This document shows positions 8,923 to 18,651 of a stretch of DNA of 64,000 nt, in pieces (positions within the stretch are counted from its first letter, which is position 1; the number at the start of each line of letters is the position of its first letter). Below the pieces are notes generated by a model. The model had not been told where the DNA came from and did not search any database. It saw only the letters and a list, made by a program, of their open reading frames with translations. Origin of the DNA: Candidatus Omnitrophota bacterium (GTDB lineage: Bacteria; Omnitrophota; Gorgyraeia; Gygaellales; Profunditerraquicolaceae); the NCBI GenBank assembly GCA_041650295.1, contig JBAZLM010000003.1, positions 2,933-66,932 of the forward strand. Reading direction: 5' to 3'. Position numbers and translations under genes: made by a program.

Positions 8923-9035
8923 ATTTAATGACGGCACAATTTACGTAAACGCAGTGAACGTAAATTGTTTGCCGGAATTAATCCTTGACCGCGCAGCGGT
9001 CGAGGACTTCCAAGCAAAACTGCCGTGAAATAAAT

Positions 9036-9317
9036 CTATCTTTTCTTCTCCGAGAAAATTTTAATGGGAATCTCACCTTTTCTGACTACCCCCATTTTAT
9101 CGCGTACAATTTTCTCTTGATACACCGGATCATTTTCAATCCGTTTAAGCTCTTCCTGCAAAAGGTAATTTTCAATCGCCATTTTGCGGAAGTTTTCTTC
9201 TAACTTACGATTCTTAACTCTAGATTCCTGCAGTTTAGTATAACCCGGCAGGAATAAAATTAAAAGTGCAACGGCAAACCCAAACAACCAAAAAGACTTT
9301 CTTAATATAGAAAGCAT
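9036..9317 (-). CDS. ftsB: Cell division protein FtsB/DivIC (septum formation initiator)
   Basis: 93 aa with an N-terminal TM segment and a coiled coil. It sits in the classic position immediately downstream of eno. Confidence 0.7.
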   Translation of the reverse strand: MLSILRKSFWLFGFAVALLILFLPGYTKLQESRVKNRKLEENFRKMAIENYLLQEELKRIENDPVYQEKIVRDKMGVVRKGEIPIKIFSEKKR

Positions 9318-10583
9318 TTATTTCTTCCAACTCGTCCCCGCATAGACTGCCTTCTTACCTAACTCCTCTTCAATCCTCAGGAGTTCATTATATTTACAAA
9401 TTCTATCGGTACGCGATAAAGAACCGGTTTTAATCTGACCTACGCCGGTAGCTACCGCTAAATGAGCAATAGTAGTATCTTCAGTTTCTCCGGAACGATG
9501 CGATATAATCGCATTATATTTATTCTTTTTAGCGATGGCAATGGCTTCTAATGTCTCAGAAAGCGAGCCAATTTGATTAACTTTAATCAGTATAGCATTG
9601 GCCATCTTTTCTGCAATCCCTTTTTTGAATATCTTAGGATTAGTTACAAAAAGATCGTCTCCGACTAACTGCACTTTATCACCCAATCTTGCGGTCATCT
9701 GCTGCCAACCGGCATTATCATGCTCTGAGAGACCATCTTCAATCGAAAGAATCGGATATTTTTGCAACCAACCTTCATAAATAGCAATTAAATCGCTAGC
9801 AGTTTTCTGTGAGCCTTCGAAAGTATATTTACCATCTTTACCAAAAGAACTCGCCGCGCAATCTAAAGCTAATGAAATATCTTTTCCAGGTACATAGCCG
9901 GCTTTTTTAATCGCTTCAATAATTAAACTTAAAGCCTCTTCATTAGAATTAAGACTAGGGGCAAAACCACCTTCATCTCCGACAGATGTAGAAAGTTTTT
10001 TAGATTTAAGAATTGCTTTTAAATTATGAAAAACTTCCGTGGCCATACGTAAGGCATCAGAAAAAGTTGGCGCACCTTGGGGCATAATCATAAACTCTTG
10101 AATATCTAAATTATTATCCGCATGCATCCCACCGTTTAAAATATTCATTAAAGGAATAGGTAATATCTTGGCTTTTTCTCCCCCTAAAAATTTATAAAGT
10201 GATTGTTTCTTGGCTAGCGCCGCAGCTTTAGCCACCGCCATCGAAACGCCTAAGATTGCATTAGCCCCCAAATTAGATTTAAACTCCGTGCCGTCTAATT
10301 TAATTAAAAGTTTATCAATCTTTGCAAAATCTGCATTTTGACCTTTAATCGCGTTGTTAATTATAGTGTTAACATTATTGACAGCTTTTAATACCCCTTT
10401 ACCCATATATTGAGTTTTGTCACCATCCCTTAACTCTAACGCTTCATTGTCACCGGTAGAAGCTCCCGAAGGAACCGCCGCACGCCCTAAAATACCGTTA
10501 GTTAAAAGACAATCTACTTCTACTGTGGGGTTTCCGCGTGAGTCAAGAATCTGTCGAGCTAAAACTTTTTTAATTTTTGCCAT
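9318..10583 (-). CDS. eno: Enolase
   Basis: 421 aa, [23 protein letters not shown]..., with full-length enolase motifs. Confidence 0.95.
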   Translation of the reverse strand: MAKIKKVLARQILDSRGNPTVEVDCLLTNGILGRAAVPSGASTGDNEALELRDGDKTQYMGKGVLKAVNNVNTIINNAIKGQNADFAKIDKLLIKLDGTEFKSNLGANAILGVSMAVAKAAALAKKQSLYKFLGGEKAKILPIPLMNILNGGMHADNNLDIQEFMIMPQGAPTFSDALRMATEVFHNLKAILKSKKLSTSVGDEGGFAPSLNSNEEALSLIIEAIKKAGYVPGKDISLALDCAASSFGKDGKYTFEGSQKTASDLIAIYEGWLQKYPILSIEDGLSEHDNAGWQQMTARLGDKVQLVGDDLFVTNPKIFKKGIAEKMANAILIKVNQIGSLSETLEAIAIAKKNKYNAIISHRSGETEDTTIAHLAVATGVGQIKTGSLSRTDRICKYNELLRIEEELGKKAVYAGTSWKK

Positions 10584-10754
10584 TTGGGCCTCTCCTATAT
10601 TTTTGTATTGTTATATTCTGAATTGAATAACTTCATAATTATACACACAAAAAAACCTAAGTCAAGCAAGAAAAGACGTCGTAAATAGTGTTTGACTTAA
10701 AGTTAGAGATATGTTATTTTCTAAGTACAAATCTGCACAAATTAGGGAGAAATT

Positions 10755-12404
10755 ATGAATTGGAAAAAAATTAAATTTTACGTAAAATTATACTGGGTGA
10801 AAGTTGTACTTTTTGCTTTTCTGCTTGCCCTAGGTATATCTTTAGTTATCCTCATCGTTACCGGGCTGCGCGCCTGGAATGAATCTGAGTCCTACCTACG
10901 ACAATCACAATTAGCGATGATCCCGCTGCAACTTTACTTACAAACGATCATGGCCTTAATCTTCGGCTTAGTTTATACCTACATGTGGTACTGGTTAATG
11001 TTTAAAAAAGGCGGGCAATCTTTTTCAAAGACCAGTAAAAAAGCAATCGCCGGAAAAGAAATTAATATTACCTGGAACGATGTTATCGGGATGGACGAAG
11101 CCAAACAAGAAGCCTTAGAAATTGTTAAATTAATTACGGATCGTGCCAGTCTGCAGCGTATCGGCGGAAAGATTCTAAAAGGAATTCTAATGTTAGGACC
11201 TCCAGGTTGCGGAAAAACTTATCTGGCCAAAGCCATTGCTACAGAAACCAAATTGCCTTTTATCTCTATGTCCGGTTCTGAATTTGTAGAGATGTTTGTC
11301 GGAGTTGGTGCCGGCCGCGTGCGTTCGCTTTTTAAAAATGCGCAACAACTCGCGGAATTAGAAGGTGGATGTATTATCTTTATCGATGAAGTTGATGCTA
11401 TCGGTGCCAGACGTAGTATGGATGCCGGTTTTGGTGGCACCACCGAACATAACACTACGCTAAACCAGTTGTTAGTAGAGATGGATGGCTTAAAAGATAA
11501 AGATTATAATATTATTCTAATCGGAGCAACTAATGCTATTGAAACATCACTAGATCCGGCATTGCTTAGGCCGGGAAGATTCGACCGCAAAATTATTGTC
11601 GACAAACCAAACCTAGAAGACCGCGCTAAACTTTTTACTTATTATTTAAAAAGTGTAAAATACAACGCTGAAGATGTTAAAATTGATCGCCTAGCTAGAA
11701 TTACCGTCGGCCAAACACCCGCCGATATTGCTAACATCGTGCGAGAAGCAGCACTAATTACTGTGCGTAATCAAAACCCTTTAATCTCTATGCAAGAGAT
11801 TGACGAGGCGCGGGAAAGAATTGCCTTAGGTATAAAGCGCAGAGTAAAATTAAGCGATAAAGAAAAATGGCAGACTGCTTATCACGAAGCTGGACATGCC
11901 ATTACTACTTATTTGCTAGCACCCTCCAGAGACGTTTTTAAGGTTACCATCACTCCGCGTGGTCCTACCGGCGGAGCAACTTGGACCCCAGAGAGAGAAG
12001 ATACTTTTATTACTGACTCTAATGATCTCTTAATCAACATTAAAATTTCTTTAGGTTCATATGCTGCGGAAAAAATTAAATACAACGCCACGACTACCGG
12101 TGTCTACGGAGATTTCTCTAGTGCTATGCATCATGCCCATCATATGGTTTGGGTTTGCGGTATGGGTAAAAGCGGCTTACTTGGTAACTGGGAGATTACT
12201 AATAACATCTCCGAAGACATTAAAGCTAAATTAGATGCCGATGTACAATATATATTAAACCATTGTCTGACCGAAGTAACTACGCTATTAAAAAAAGAAG
12301 AGCCTCTGATGGACCGGCTGGCCAAAGAACTGGTAGCAAAAAGTGAACTTAACTATGACGAAATCGAAGCTATCTTTAAAGAGTTTGGGAAAAGCCGGCC
12401 TTAA
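10755..12404 (+). CDS. ftsH: FtsH-family ATP-dependent zinc metalloprotease, short divergent paralog (2 TM, no large periplasmic domain)
   Basis: Walker A GPPGCGKT, Walker B IIFIDEVDA and an SRH region. It carries the HEAGH zinc motif and a shortened protease domain. Confidence 0.75.
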   Translation: MNWKKIKFYVKLYWVKVVLFAFLLALGISLVILIVTGLRAWNESESYLRQSQLAMIPLQLYLQTIMALIFGLVYTYMWYWLMFKKGGQSFSKTSKKAIAGKEINITWNDVIGMDEAKQEALEIVKLITDRASLQRIGGKILKGILMLGPPGCGKTYLAKAIATETKLPFISMSGSEFVEMFVGVGAGRVRSLFKNAQQLAELEGGCIIFIDEVDAIGARRSMDAGFGGTTEHNTTLNQLLVEMDGLKDKDYNIILIGATNAIETSLDPALLRPGRFDRKIIVDKPNLEDRAKLFTYYLKSVKYNAEDVKIDRLARITVGQTPADIANIVREAALITVRNQNPLISMQEIDEARERIALGIKRRVKLSDKEKWQTAYHEAGHAITTYLLAPSRDVFKVTITPRGPTGGATWTPEREDTFITDSNDLLINIKISLGSYAAEKIKYNATTTGVYGDFSSAMHHAHHMVWVCGMGKSGLLGNWEITNNISEDIKAKLDADVQYILNHCLTEVTTLLKKEEPLMDRLAKELVAKSELNYDEIEAIFKEFGKSRP

Positions 12405-13242
12405 ACTTTTCATACTAATTTTATTTTTATCTGCCTGCTCCTCTTCTACTGCTCCAACTTTTGTTAAAGAAGACATTCCTCAAGCAGTTAAAGATATCTG
12501 TAAAAAAGAATATAAACTTGACCTAGTTGCTAAACTAGTCGGTAGCACGCTTTGGATTTACCTTCCATTAGAGAATATTATCACTAAACCCGTTAAACCT
12601 GAAAAATACATAGAAAGATTTCTCTTGGAAGATCAAAAGAATTCTTTCAATGAAAGAATACTGCATATTAATTATTCCGTTAAACCCACTGTCGAAAGTG
12701 AAAAACAACAGGAGATGTCCATCGATAAGTCGGTTAATGAAAAAATTTTTAACGTCTTACAAGTTATTCGCCGCGTACTTTTTAGTATGGATCACTCTAA
12801 AAAAGATAAACCTCTTTTCTTTTACATCGTTACTGCCGATACCGCTAATGGTTTTGAAATAAAACAGCTTTTTCATATCTTAGATTTAAAAAAACTTTCC
12901 TATGGATTAATGTCACAAACTGAGTACCAACACCGCATCATTCAAAATACTGCAGTATCGATATTAATCATCGCAGACAAAGAAGGCAACCATCTAGATT
13001 ATCGAGATATTACTTTGGAAGAATTTATCGCAGATCAGATTCAGGGTCGAATTCGTTTAAAATTTCAAAAACCGGAAGTAGAAAAAAATGCCGATATTGA
13101 TAAGGAAGTTTTAAAGATAATTGCTTATACTTTGAAAGCTTACGAATTTAAAGATTATAATTTTGTAGAGACGACAAACTTGGTTAGTGGAGCCAAAAAC
13201 ATTCTTAACCAAAAAGCGATAATCACCAATTGTAAAGAATAA
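12343..13242 (+). CDS. Hypothetical lipoprotein (lipobox LSAC); the true start is probably internal
   Basis: Signal sequence KAGLKLFILILFLSAC. The ORF overlaps the ftsH-like 3' end by 60 nt, so the start is uncertain. Confidence 0.4.
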   Translation: MNLTMTKSKLSLKSLGKAGLKLFILILFLSACSSSTAPTFVKEDIPQAVKDICKKEYKLDLVAKLVGSTLWIYLPLENIITKPVKPEKYIERFLLEDQKNSFNERILHINYSVKPTVESEKQQEMSIDKSVNEKIFNVLQVIRRVLFSMDHSKKDKPLFFYIVTADTANGFEIKQLFHILDLKKLSYGLMSQTEYQHRIIQNTAVSILIIADKEGNHLDYRDITLEEFIADQIQGRIRLKFQKPEVEKNADIDKEVLKIIAYTLKAYEFKDYNFVETTNLVSGAKNILNQKAIITNCKE

Positions 13243-13243
13243 A

Positions 13244-13858
13244 CTAACCTAGCTTTACCCGATTCCCCCGCAAAGCCACCTTACCTTCAACAAACAATTT
13301 AATCACTTGTGGATAAAGTTTATGTTCAAGAGCATGTATCTTTTTTTCAAGCGAAGTTAAAGTTTCTTGTCGACCAAACTTTAATTCATTTTGTAAAATA
13401 ATTGGACCGTGATCAACTTGTGCATCGACAAAATGCACTGTCACTCCGGTAGAGCGAACCTTACGATTAAAAGCATCTTTGATTGCTTGTGAACCTTTAA
13501 AAGCCGGTAATAATGAAGGGTGGATATTGATAATCCGATTGTGATATTGCTTAACAAAAGCCGGAGTTAAAATACGCATAAACCCTGCCAAGGCAATTAA
13601 ATTAATCTTATAGCTCTTTAACCTTTGTATGATTGCAGTTTCAAAATCAAGGCGGCTAGCAAAGTCTTGACGATCAACCAGAATAGTAGCTACTTTGGAT
13701 CTTTGGGCGCGCTTAATTACCAAAGCTTGCGCTTTATCACAAACCAATACCACTAAATTAACTTTAATTTTTTTTTGTTTAATCGCTTTAACGATTGCTG
13801 CAAAATTGCTACCGTTACCAGAAGCAAAGATCGCTAAATTGATTCCTCGCTTTTTCAT
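13244..13858 (-). CDS. purN: Phosphoribosylglycinamide formyltransferase
   Basis: 204 aa. LAIFASGNGSNF, the INIHPSLLP formyltransferase motif and HFVD. Confidence 0.85.
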   Translation of the reverse strand: MKKRGINLAIFASGNGSNFAAIVKAIKQKKIKVNLVVLVCDKAQALVIKRAQRSKVATILVDRQDFASRLDFETAIIQRLKSYKINLIALAGFMRILTPAFVKQYHNRIINIHPSLLPAFKGSQAIKDAFNRKVRSTGVTVHFVDAQVDHGPIILQNELKFGRQETLTSLEKKIHALEHKLYPQVIKLFVEGKVALRGNRVKLG

Positions 13859-14649
13859 CCCTTAATCCTTATAGCTTTAGTCGGACAAACTCCTACGCAC
13901 TCTTTACAAGAAGTACATTTATGATAATCAATTACCGCCAGATTATCAATCACATGTATAGCATCAAACTTACAAGTTTTCTCGCATATCTTACAACCGA
14001 TACAACCTACGGCACAAACATTCTTTACTTGGATTGCCAAATCATGCGAACTACAAGCTACATACACAGTGTGATTTACGGAAACTAATGAAAATAATTT
14101 TTTAGGACAAACCAATACACATTTATTGCAAGATCGACACTTAGCCTGATCAACAATCGGCAAATTTTGAGGCCCCATGCTAATAGCACCGAATGGACAG
14201 GCCTTAACACAACTTCCAAAACCTAGACAAGCAAAAACACAGCTCTTTTGTCCACCTAAGAGTAGGTTAGCCGTAATACAATCATGAACACCATCATATA
14301 AATATTTATCTTTAACTTTATTTATGCCGCCATTGCAATATAGCGTAGCTATTTTTTTAGTTTGCTTTTCTAATGCCACCCCCATAACTGCGGCAATCTT
14401 CTCTTTTGTCTCATCATTACAAGCCCGACAGCTTTCTAAAGAACTTTTACCAATCATTAAATTTTCAGCAAAACCAAAACATCCAGGATTACCGCAAGCT
14501 CCGCAATTTGCGCCAGGTAATAAATGATACACCGCATCAAGCTTTGGATTAACTTGCACGGCTAATTTCTTAGAAGCAATAGCTAATCCAATGCCAAACA
14601 ACAAACCTAAAGAACCTAAAACTAATATCGCTATTAAGATCTCTGTCAT
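13855..14649 (-). CDS. rnfB: Rnf complex subunit B (polyferredoxin)
   Basis: N-terminal TM segment, CGACGNPGC, and multiple CxxCxxCxxxCP ferredoxin motifs. Confidence 0.85.
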   Translation of the reverse strand: MTEILIAILVLGSLGLLFGIGLAIASKKLAVQVNPKLDAVYHLLPGANCGACGNPGCFGFAENLMIGKSSLESCRACNDETKEKIAAVMGVALEKQTKKIATLYCNGGINKVKDKYLYDGVHDCITANLLLGGQKSCVFACLGFGSCVKACPFGAISMGPQNLPIVDQAKCRSCNKCVLVCPKKLFSLVSVNHTVYVACSSHDLAIQVKNVCAVGCIGCKICEKTCKFDAIHVIDNLAVIDYHKCTSCKECVGVCPTKAIRIKG

Positions 14650-14650
14650 A

Positions 14651-15259
14651 TTAAAATTTAAAACCGCTAAATCCCATAAAACTTAAACTTAAAATCGAAG
14701 CAATAATAAAAGCTAAAGGAAAATCCTTTAAAGCTTTAGGAATATTGCACAGCTCTAATCTTTCTCTTATTCCTGACATCAATAACATCGCTAAAGTATA
14801 ACCCAAGCCCACACAAATGCCCTGAAAAACAGAATAATAAAGGCTTCCCGCCACTTCTTTACCATTTACAAAAAACATATCAATATTTAATACCGCCACA
14901 CCTAAAACCGCACAATTGGTTGTAATTAAAGTTAAATAAATTCCAAAAGCTCGGTATAAAGCAGGACTGATCTTCCTAATGAGCATTTCAATCAACTGTA
15001 CTAAAGCAGCAATAACTAAAACAAAAGAAAGTGTGCGTAAATACGTTAAATTAAGAGGCAGTAAAAAAAATCGATAAAGTAACCAAGTAACAACTGAAGA
15101 AGCAATAATTACAAAAGTAACCGCCGCACTCATCGCTAAAGCTTGTTTTGTATTTTTAGAGATAGCGATAAAAGGACAAAGCCCTAAAAAACGCGAAAGT
15201 ATAACATTATAAATAAATACTGAAGAAATAAATATACTTAAGAATTCTTGTGGACTCAT
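14651..15259 (-). CDS. rnfA: Rnf complex subunit A
   Basis: 202-aa polytopic membrane protein with LGLCPF and NCAVLG motifs. Confidence 0.85.
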   Translation of the reverse strand: MSPQEFLSIFISSVFIYNVILSRFLGLCPFIAISKNTKQALAMSAAVTFVIIASSVVTWLLYRFFLLPLNLTYLRTLSFVLVIAALVQLIEMLIRKISPALYRAFGIYLTLITTNCAVLGVAVLNIDMFFVNGKEVAGSLYYSVFQGICVGLGYTLAMLLMSGIRERLELCNIPKALKDFPLAFIIASILSLSFMGFSGFKF

Positions 15260-15849
15260 GATTTTCTAATTTTTAAGAAATTGAAAAAACCTAATAATAA
15301 ACCGATTACTAAAAGTGCCCCGGAAGGCATACCAAAAACAAATGCCGGTTCAAATCCCGGAATTAAAGTATGGCTAAAAATCTGCCCAGCACCTAAAAAT
15401 TCCCTAATTGCTGAAATAAGTACCAGAGCCAAAGTAAACCCCACCCCCATTCCTAAACCATCTAAAAAAGATTTGAGCAAATTGTTCTTACAAGCAAATG
15501 CCTCGGCACGACCTAAAACTATACAATTAACTACAATTAAAGGAACATATATGCCTAAAGCCCGATCCAGTACCGGACTATAAGCTTTTAGAATTAATTC
15601 AATTATCGTAACAAAAGTAGCAATGATGACAATAAAGCAAGGAATACGTATCTTATTAGGAATAAAATTCTTTACTAAAGAAATAATTACACTTGAACCC
15701 AAAAGTACAAAAGTCGCAGCTATTCCCATTCCGATCGCATTAACTACCGATACAGAAACTGCTAATGTTGGACACAATCCCAAAGCCAAAACAAATGTGG
15801 GATTTTCTTTAATTATGCCTTTAGTAAATTCCTTAATTAAATTCTTCAC
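15256..15849 (-). CDS. rnfE: Rnf complex subunit E. The GTG start lies inside a repeat element
   Basis: The N-terminus aligns with E. coli RsxE (LGLCPTLAV; NCIVLGRAEAFA). Confidence 0.85.
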   Translation of the reverse strand: MKNLIKEFTKGIIKENPTFVLALGLCPTLAVSVSVVNAIGMGIAATFVLLGSSVIISLVKNFIPNKIRIPCFIVIIATFVTIIELILKAYSPVLDRALGIYVPLIVVNCIVLGRAEAFACKNNLLKSFLDGLGMGVGFTLALVLISAIREFLGAGQIFSHTLIPGFEPAFVFGMPSGALLVIGLLLGFFNFLKIRKS

Positions 15850-15931
15850 CCCGCACCTTCTCCTATATTATTAATTAATTTTAACCCTCACTCCTTCCAA
15901 CAATTGAGTTCAAAGAAAGTGCGGGGTTCAT
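15847..15931 (-). repeat. Family-1 palindromic start-codon element (copy 2) at the rnfD|rnfE junction
   Basis: ATGAACCCCGCACTTTCTTTG...GGAGAAGGTGCGGGGTG. The uORF ATG overlaps the rnfD TGA (ATGA). The terminal GTG is the rnfE start. Confidence 0.6.
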
Positions 15932-16869
15932 TTCATTCCATAAATTCTTGGTTTAGTATACCGATCAATAAACGGCGTTGCCGCGTTCATCATTAATATC
16001 GCGTAAGATACCCCTTCCGGATACCCACCCCAAATCCGAATTACTCCGGTCAACAGTCCACAACCTATACCAAAAATAATTTGTCCCTTAATTGTTAACG
16101 GAGTGGCCACATAATCAGTAGCCATAAAAAATGCACCCAGAACTAAACCTCCAGTTAATATAGAGAATAGCCAATCTCCGTGAAAAAATTGCGCTGCTCC
16201 AAAAACATAAGTAAACAAAGCCGTCGTAACAATATAAGTAACCGGAATATGCCAACTGATATAGCCTTTAATTAAAAGAAAAGCTGCTCCAATTAATAAC
16301 GCTAAAATACAAACTTCACCAATACAACCTCCGCGATTACCTAAAAATAAATCTAAATATGAAATATCTCCTAGAATTTTTCCTTCTTTAAGTAAGGCCA
16401 AAGGTGTAGCTGAGGTTACCGCATCAAAACTAAATGGCCTAGTAAAAGTAGTCATATATTTCGGCCAAGAAGCCATTAAAAAAACCCTACCCACTAAAGC
16501 CGGATTAAAAATATTTTGTCCCAAACCTCCGAAAACCTGCTTACCGATGGCAATAGAAAATACTGCCCCTACTATTGGCAACCAAATCGGCACATTCGAA
16601 GGAAGATTAAAAGCCAATAAAATACCAGTAATTACCGCCGAGCCATCAAAGATCGTAACTTTTTTCTTAGTTAATATTCCACAGACCCATTCAGTCAATA
16701 CTGCCGCGATCACTGCTACCAATGTGACCCAAAGAGCATCTAATCCAAAAATAATCACTCCGGCAACTCCAGCAGGAATTAAACTTAATACTACTGCCCA
16801 CATAATTTTAGGGATAGATTCATTTTTATGAATATGTGGGGAACCGGAAACAATTAAATTATTTTTCAT
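15928..16869 (-). CDS. rnfD: Rnf complex subunit D
   Basis: SGSPHIHK N-terminus, the VTSATPL FMN-attachment motif, and C-terminal DRYTKPRIYG matching RsxD DYYTRPRVYG. Confidence 0.85.
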   Translation of the reverse strand: MKNNLIVSGSPHIHKNESIPKIMWAVVLSLIPAGVAGVIIFGLDALWVTLVAVIAAVLTEWVCGILTKKKVTIFDGSAVITGILLAFNLPSNVPIWLPIVGAVFSIAIGKQVFGGLGQNIFNPALVGRVFLMASWPKYMTTFTRPFSFDAVTSATPLALLKEGKILGDISYLDLFLGNRGGCIGEVCILALLIGAAFLLIKGYISWHIPVTYIVTTALFTYVFGAAQFFHGDWLFSILTGGLVLGAFFMATDYVATPLTIKGQIIFGIGCGLLTGVIRIWGGYPEGVSYAILMMNAATPFIDRYTKPRIYGMK

Positions 16870-17389
16870 TTTTAATAAACTCTTTTATTTCAATTGCTTT
16901 TTTCATAATTGAATTTACAACTGCTCGACTAGAAATCGTAGCACCAGTAATTGCCGATACTTCGGCTAAATCTAAGCTACTTTGATTACTAAATTGACCT
17001 CTAAATTTATCTTCAGTCACTCTTGCACCTAAACCCGGAGTTTCATTTTGTGAGATAACTTTTATAGCACTAATCTGATCGTCAATAAAAATCCCTACCA
17101 AAGTTTCAATTGTACTTGAATATCCTTTTCCGCTAGCTTTAAAAACATACCCAATTAATTTATCCTGACCATCGAATGCTTTATAATATAAAACTTTATT
17201 ATCAACATTAGACTTGATCGTTGCAAATTTAACCGCTAATGGCATCACTTCTTTTAACGCTAGCTGTTCTTCTAACTGTGCTTGAGCAATAATTTTAGGC
17301 CCAGTTAAAGCATTAACTCCAGCTAATAATCCTGCAGCAACTACACAAATAAGTGCCAAAATAAATCCGTAACGAGCCATCTCTTTCAC
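16859..17389 (-). CDS. rnfG: Rnf complex subunit G (FMN-binding)
   Basis: NETPGLGARV and the ITGATISSRAV FMN-binding motif. 176 aa. Confidence 0.8.
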   Translation of the reverse strand: MKEMARYGFILALICVVAAGLLAGVNALTGPKIIAQAQLEEQLALKEVMPLAVKFATIKSNVDNKVLYYKAFDGQDKLIGYVFKASGKGYSSTIETLVGIFIDDQISAIKVISQNETPGLGARVTEDKFRGQFSNQSSLDLAEVSAITGATISSRAVVNSIMKKAIEIKEFIKNEK

Positions 17390-18651
17390 CTGGATACCTC
17401 TAATTTTGCTCTTTTAATCGTCTGTAATAATTTGCGATTAGCTGGACAAACGTAATTACATATTCCACATTCAATACAATCTAAAGCCCCGCACTCTTTA
17501 GCTAAATCCCAAAGCATTTTTTCAGATGCTAAATTAATCTGACAAGGCATCAGCCCCACCGGACAACCCCGCACACAAGCAGCACAGCGTATACAAGGAT
17601 CTTCTTCTAAGACAACCGCTTCTTTTTTATCCATTAATAATAAACCACCACTAGATTTTATAATCGGAACTTCATCTGTATATTGAGCCAAACCCATCAT
17701 CGGTCCACCAATAATAATCTTTGCTGGCTCCTCTTTAACTTTACAAAATTCCATCAAATTTTTTACGGGAGTACCAATACGCACTAACAAATTCTTTGAT
17801 TCTTGTACACAGCTGCCCGTAACTGTAACTACTCTTTCAATTAATGGTTTAGATTTGTAAACTGCTTCATAAATAGCATAAGCAGTAGCAACGTTCTGCA
17901 CCACTACCCCAATATCAAATGGCAGTTTGCCACGCGGAATTTCTTTTCCTAATACGTTAGCAATTAATTGCTTTTCTCCACCTTGCGGATATTCTGCTTT
18001 TAAAACTTTGACTTTAATTCCAGGAATTTCTAAAAATTTTCTTATTGCTCTGGGTTTATTTTCTTCAATACCAATATAAATTTCTTCAATACCTAGGCAC
18101 TTAGCGATCAACCTAATCCCAAAAAACACCTCTTCAGCTTTTTCAACCATCAAGCGATCATCGGCAGTTAAATAAGGTTCACACTCTGCGCCATTAATAA
18201 TCAAAGTATCCACTAAAACCGGAGGATTAAGTTTGATATGTGTAGGAAAACTAGCTCCTCCCATACCCACGATACCAGCTTCTAAAACAATTTTACGGAT
18301 ATCTAAAGGGGTAAGCTTGTCTATCTCTGATTGATCTTTTAATTTAAAAACTGCACCGTCATCTTGGCCATCACTTTCAATAACAATGGCTTTAGCCCTA
18401 CCTAAAACAGGATGCGGCCAATCTTGAATAGCAATTACTTTTCCAGATATAGAAGCATGAATGGGAGCATAAACTCGCGCCTCAATACTAGCGATCTTTT
18501 CTCCAAGCTTGACCAAATCACCGACTTTTACCTCAGGATTACAGAGTTTTCCTAAATGTTGAATTAAAGGAATATGTACTTTTAGAGGAAGCGGTAATCT
18601 TTCAATTACTTTGTCTTCTGAATGATGTTTATTTTCAGCTAACCTAACCAT
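17386..18651 (-). CDS. rnfC: Rnf complex subunit C
   Basis: 421 aa with GGASFPTHIKL and two CxxCxxCxxxCP clusters. Confidence 0.85.
   Translation of the reverse strand: MVRLAENKHHSEDKVIERLPLPLKVHIPLIQHLGKLCNPEVKVGDLVKLGEKIASIEARVYAPIHASISGKVIAIQDWPHPVLGRAKAIVIESDGQDDGAVFKLKDQSEIDKLTPLDIRKIVLEAGIVGMGGASFPTHIKLNPPVLVDTLIINGAECEPYLTADDRLMVEKAEEVFFGIRLIAKCLGIEEIYIGIEENKPRAIRKFLEIPGIKVKVLKAEYPQGGEKQLIANVLGKEIPRGKLPFDIGVVVQNVATAYAIYEAVYKSKPLIERVVTVTGSCVQESKNLLVRIGTPVKNLMEFCKVKEEPAKIIIGGPMMGLAQYTDEVPIIKSSGGLLLMDKKEAVVLEEDPCIRCAACVRGCPVGLMPCQINLASEKMLWDLAKECGALDCIECGICNYVCPANRKLLQTIKRAKLEVSR

Noticed and set aside
8938-9003. 10-bp inverted repeat CAATTTACGT-N11-ACGTAAATTG and GACCGC-gca-GCGGTC hairpin as a defined regulator operator
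   Set aside because: They could be weak terminators after ftsB or promoter elements of tRNA-Met. There is no U-tract or partner regulator to support a specific call.
15248-16831. Plus-strand ORFs 15248..15583, 15623..15874, 16547..16831 (and similar antisense ORFs throughout the ORF track)
   Set aside because: They lie fully inside well-supported minus-strand rnf genes, have low-complexity composition and no homology-like motifs. They are antisense artefacts of AT-rich coding DNA.
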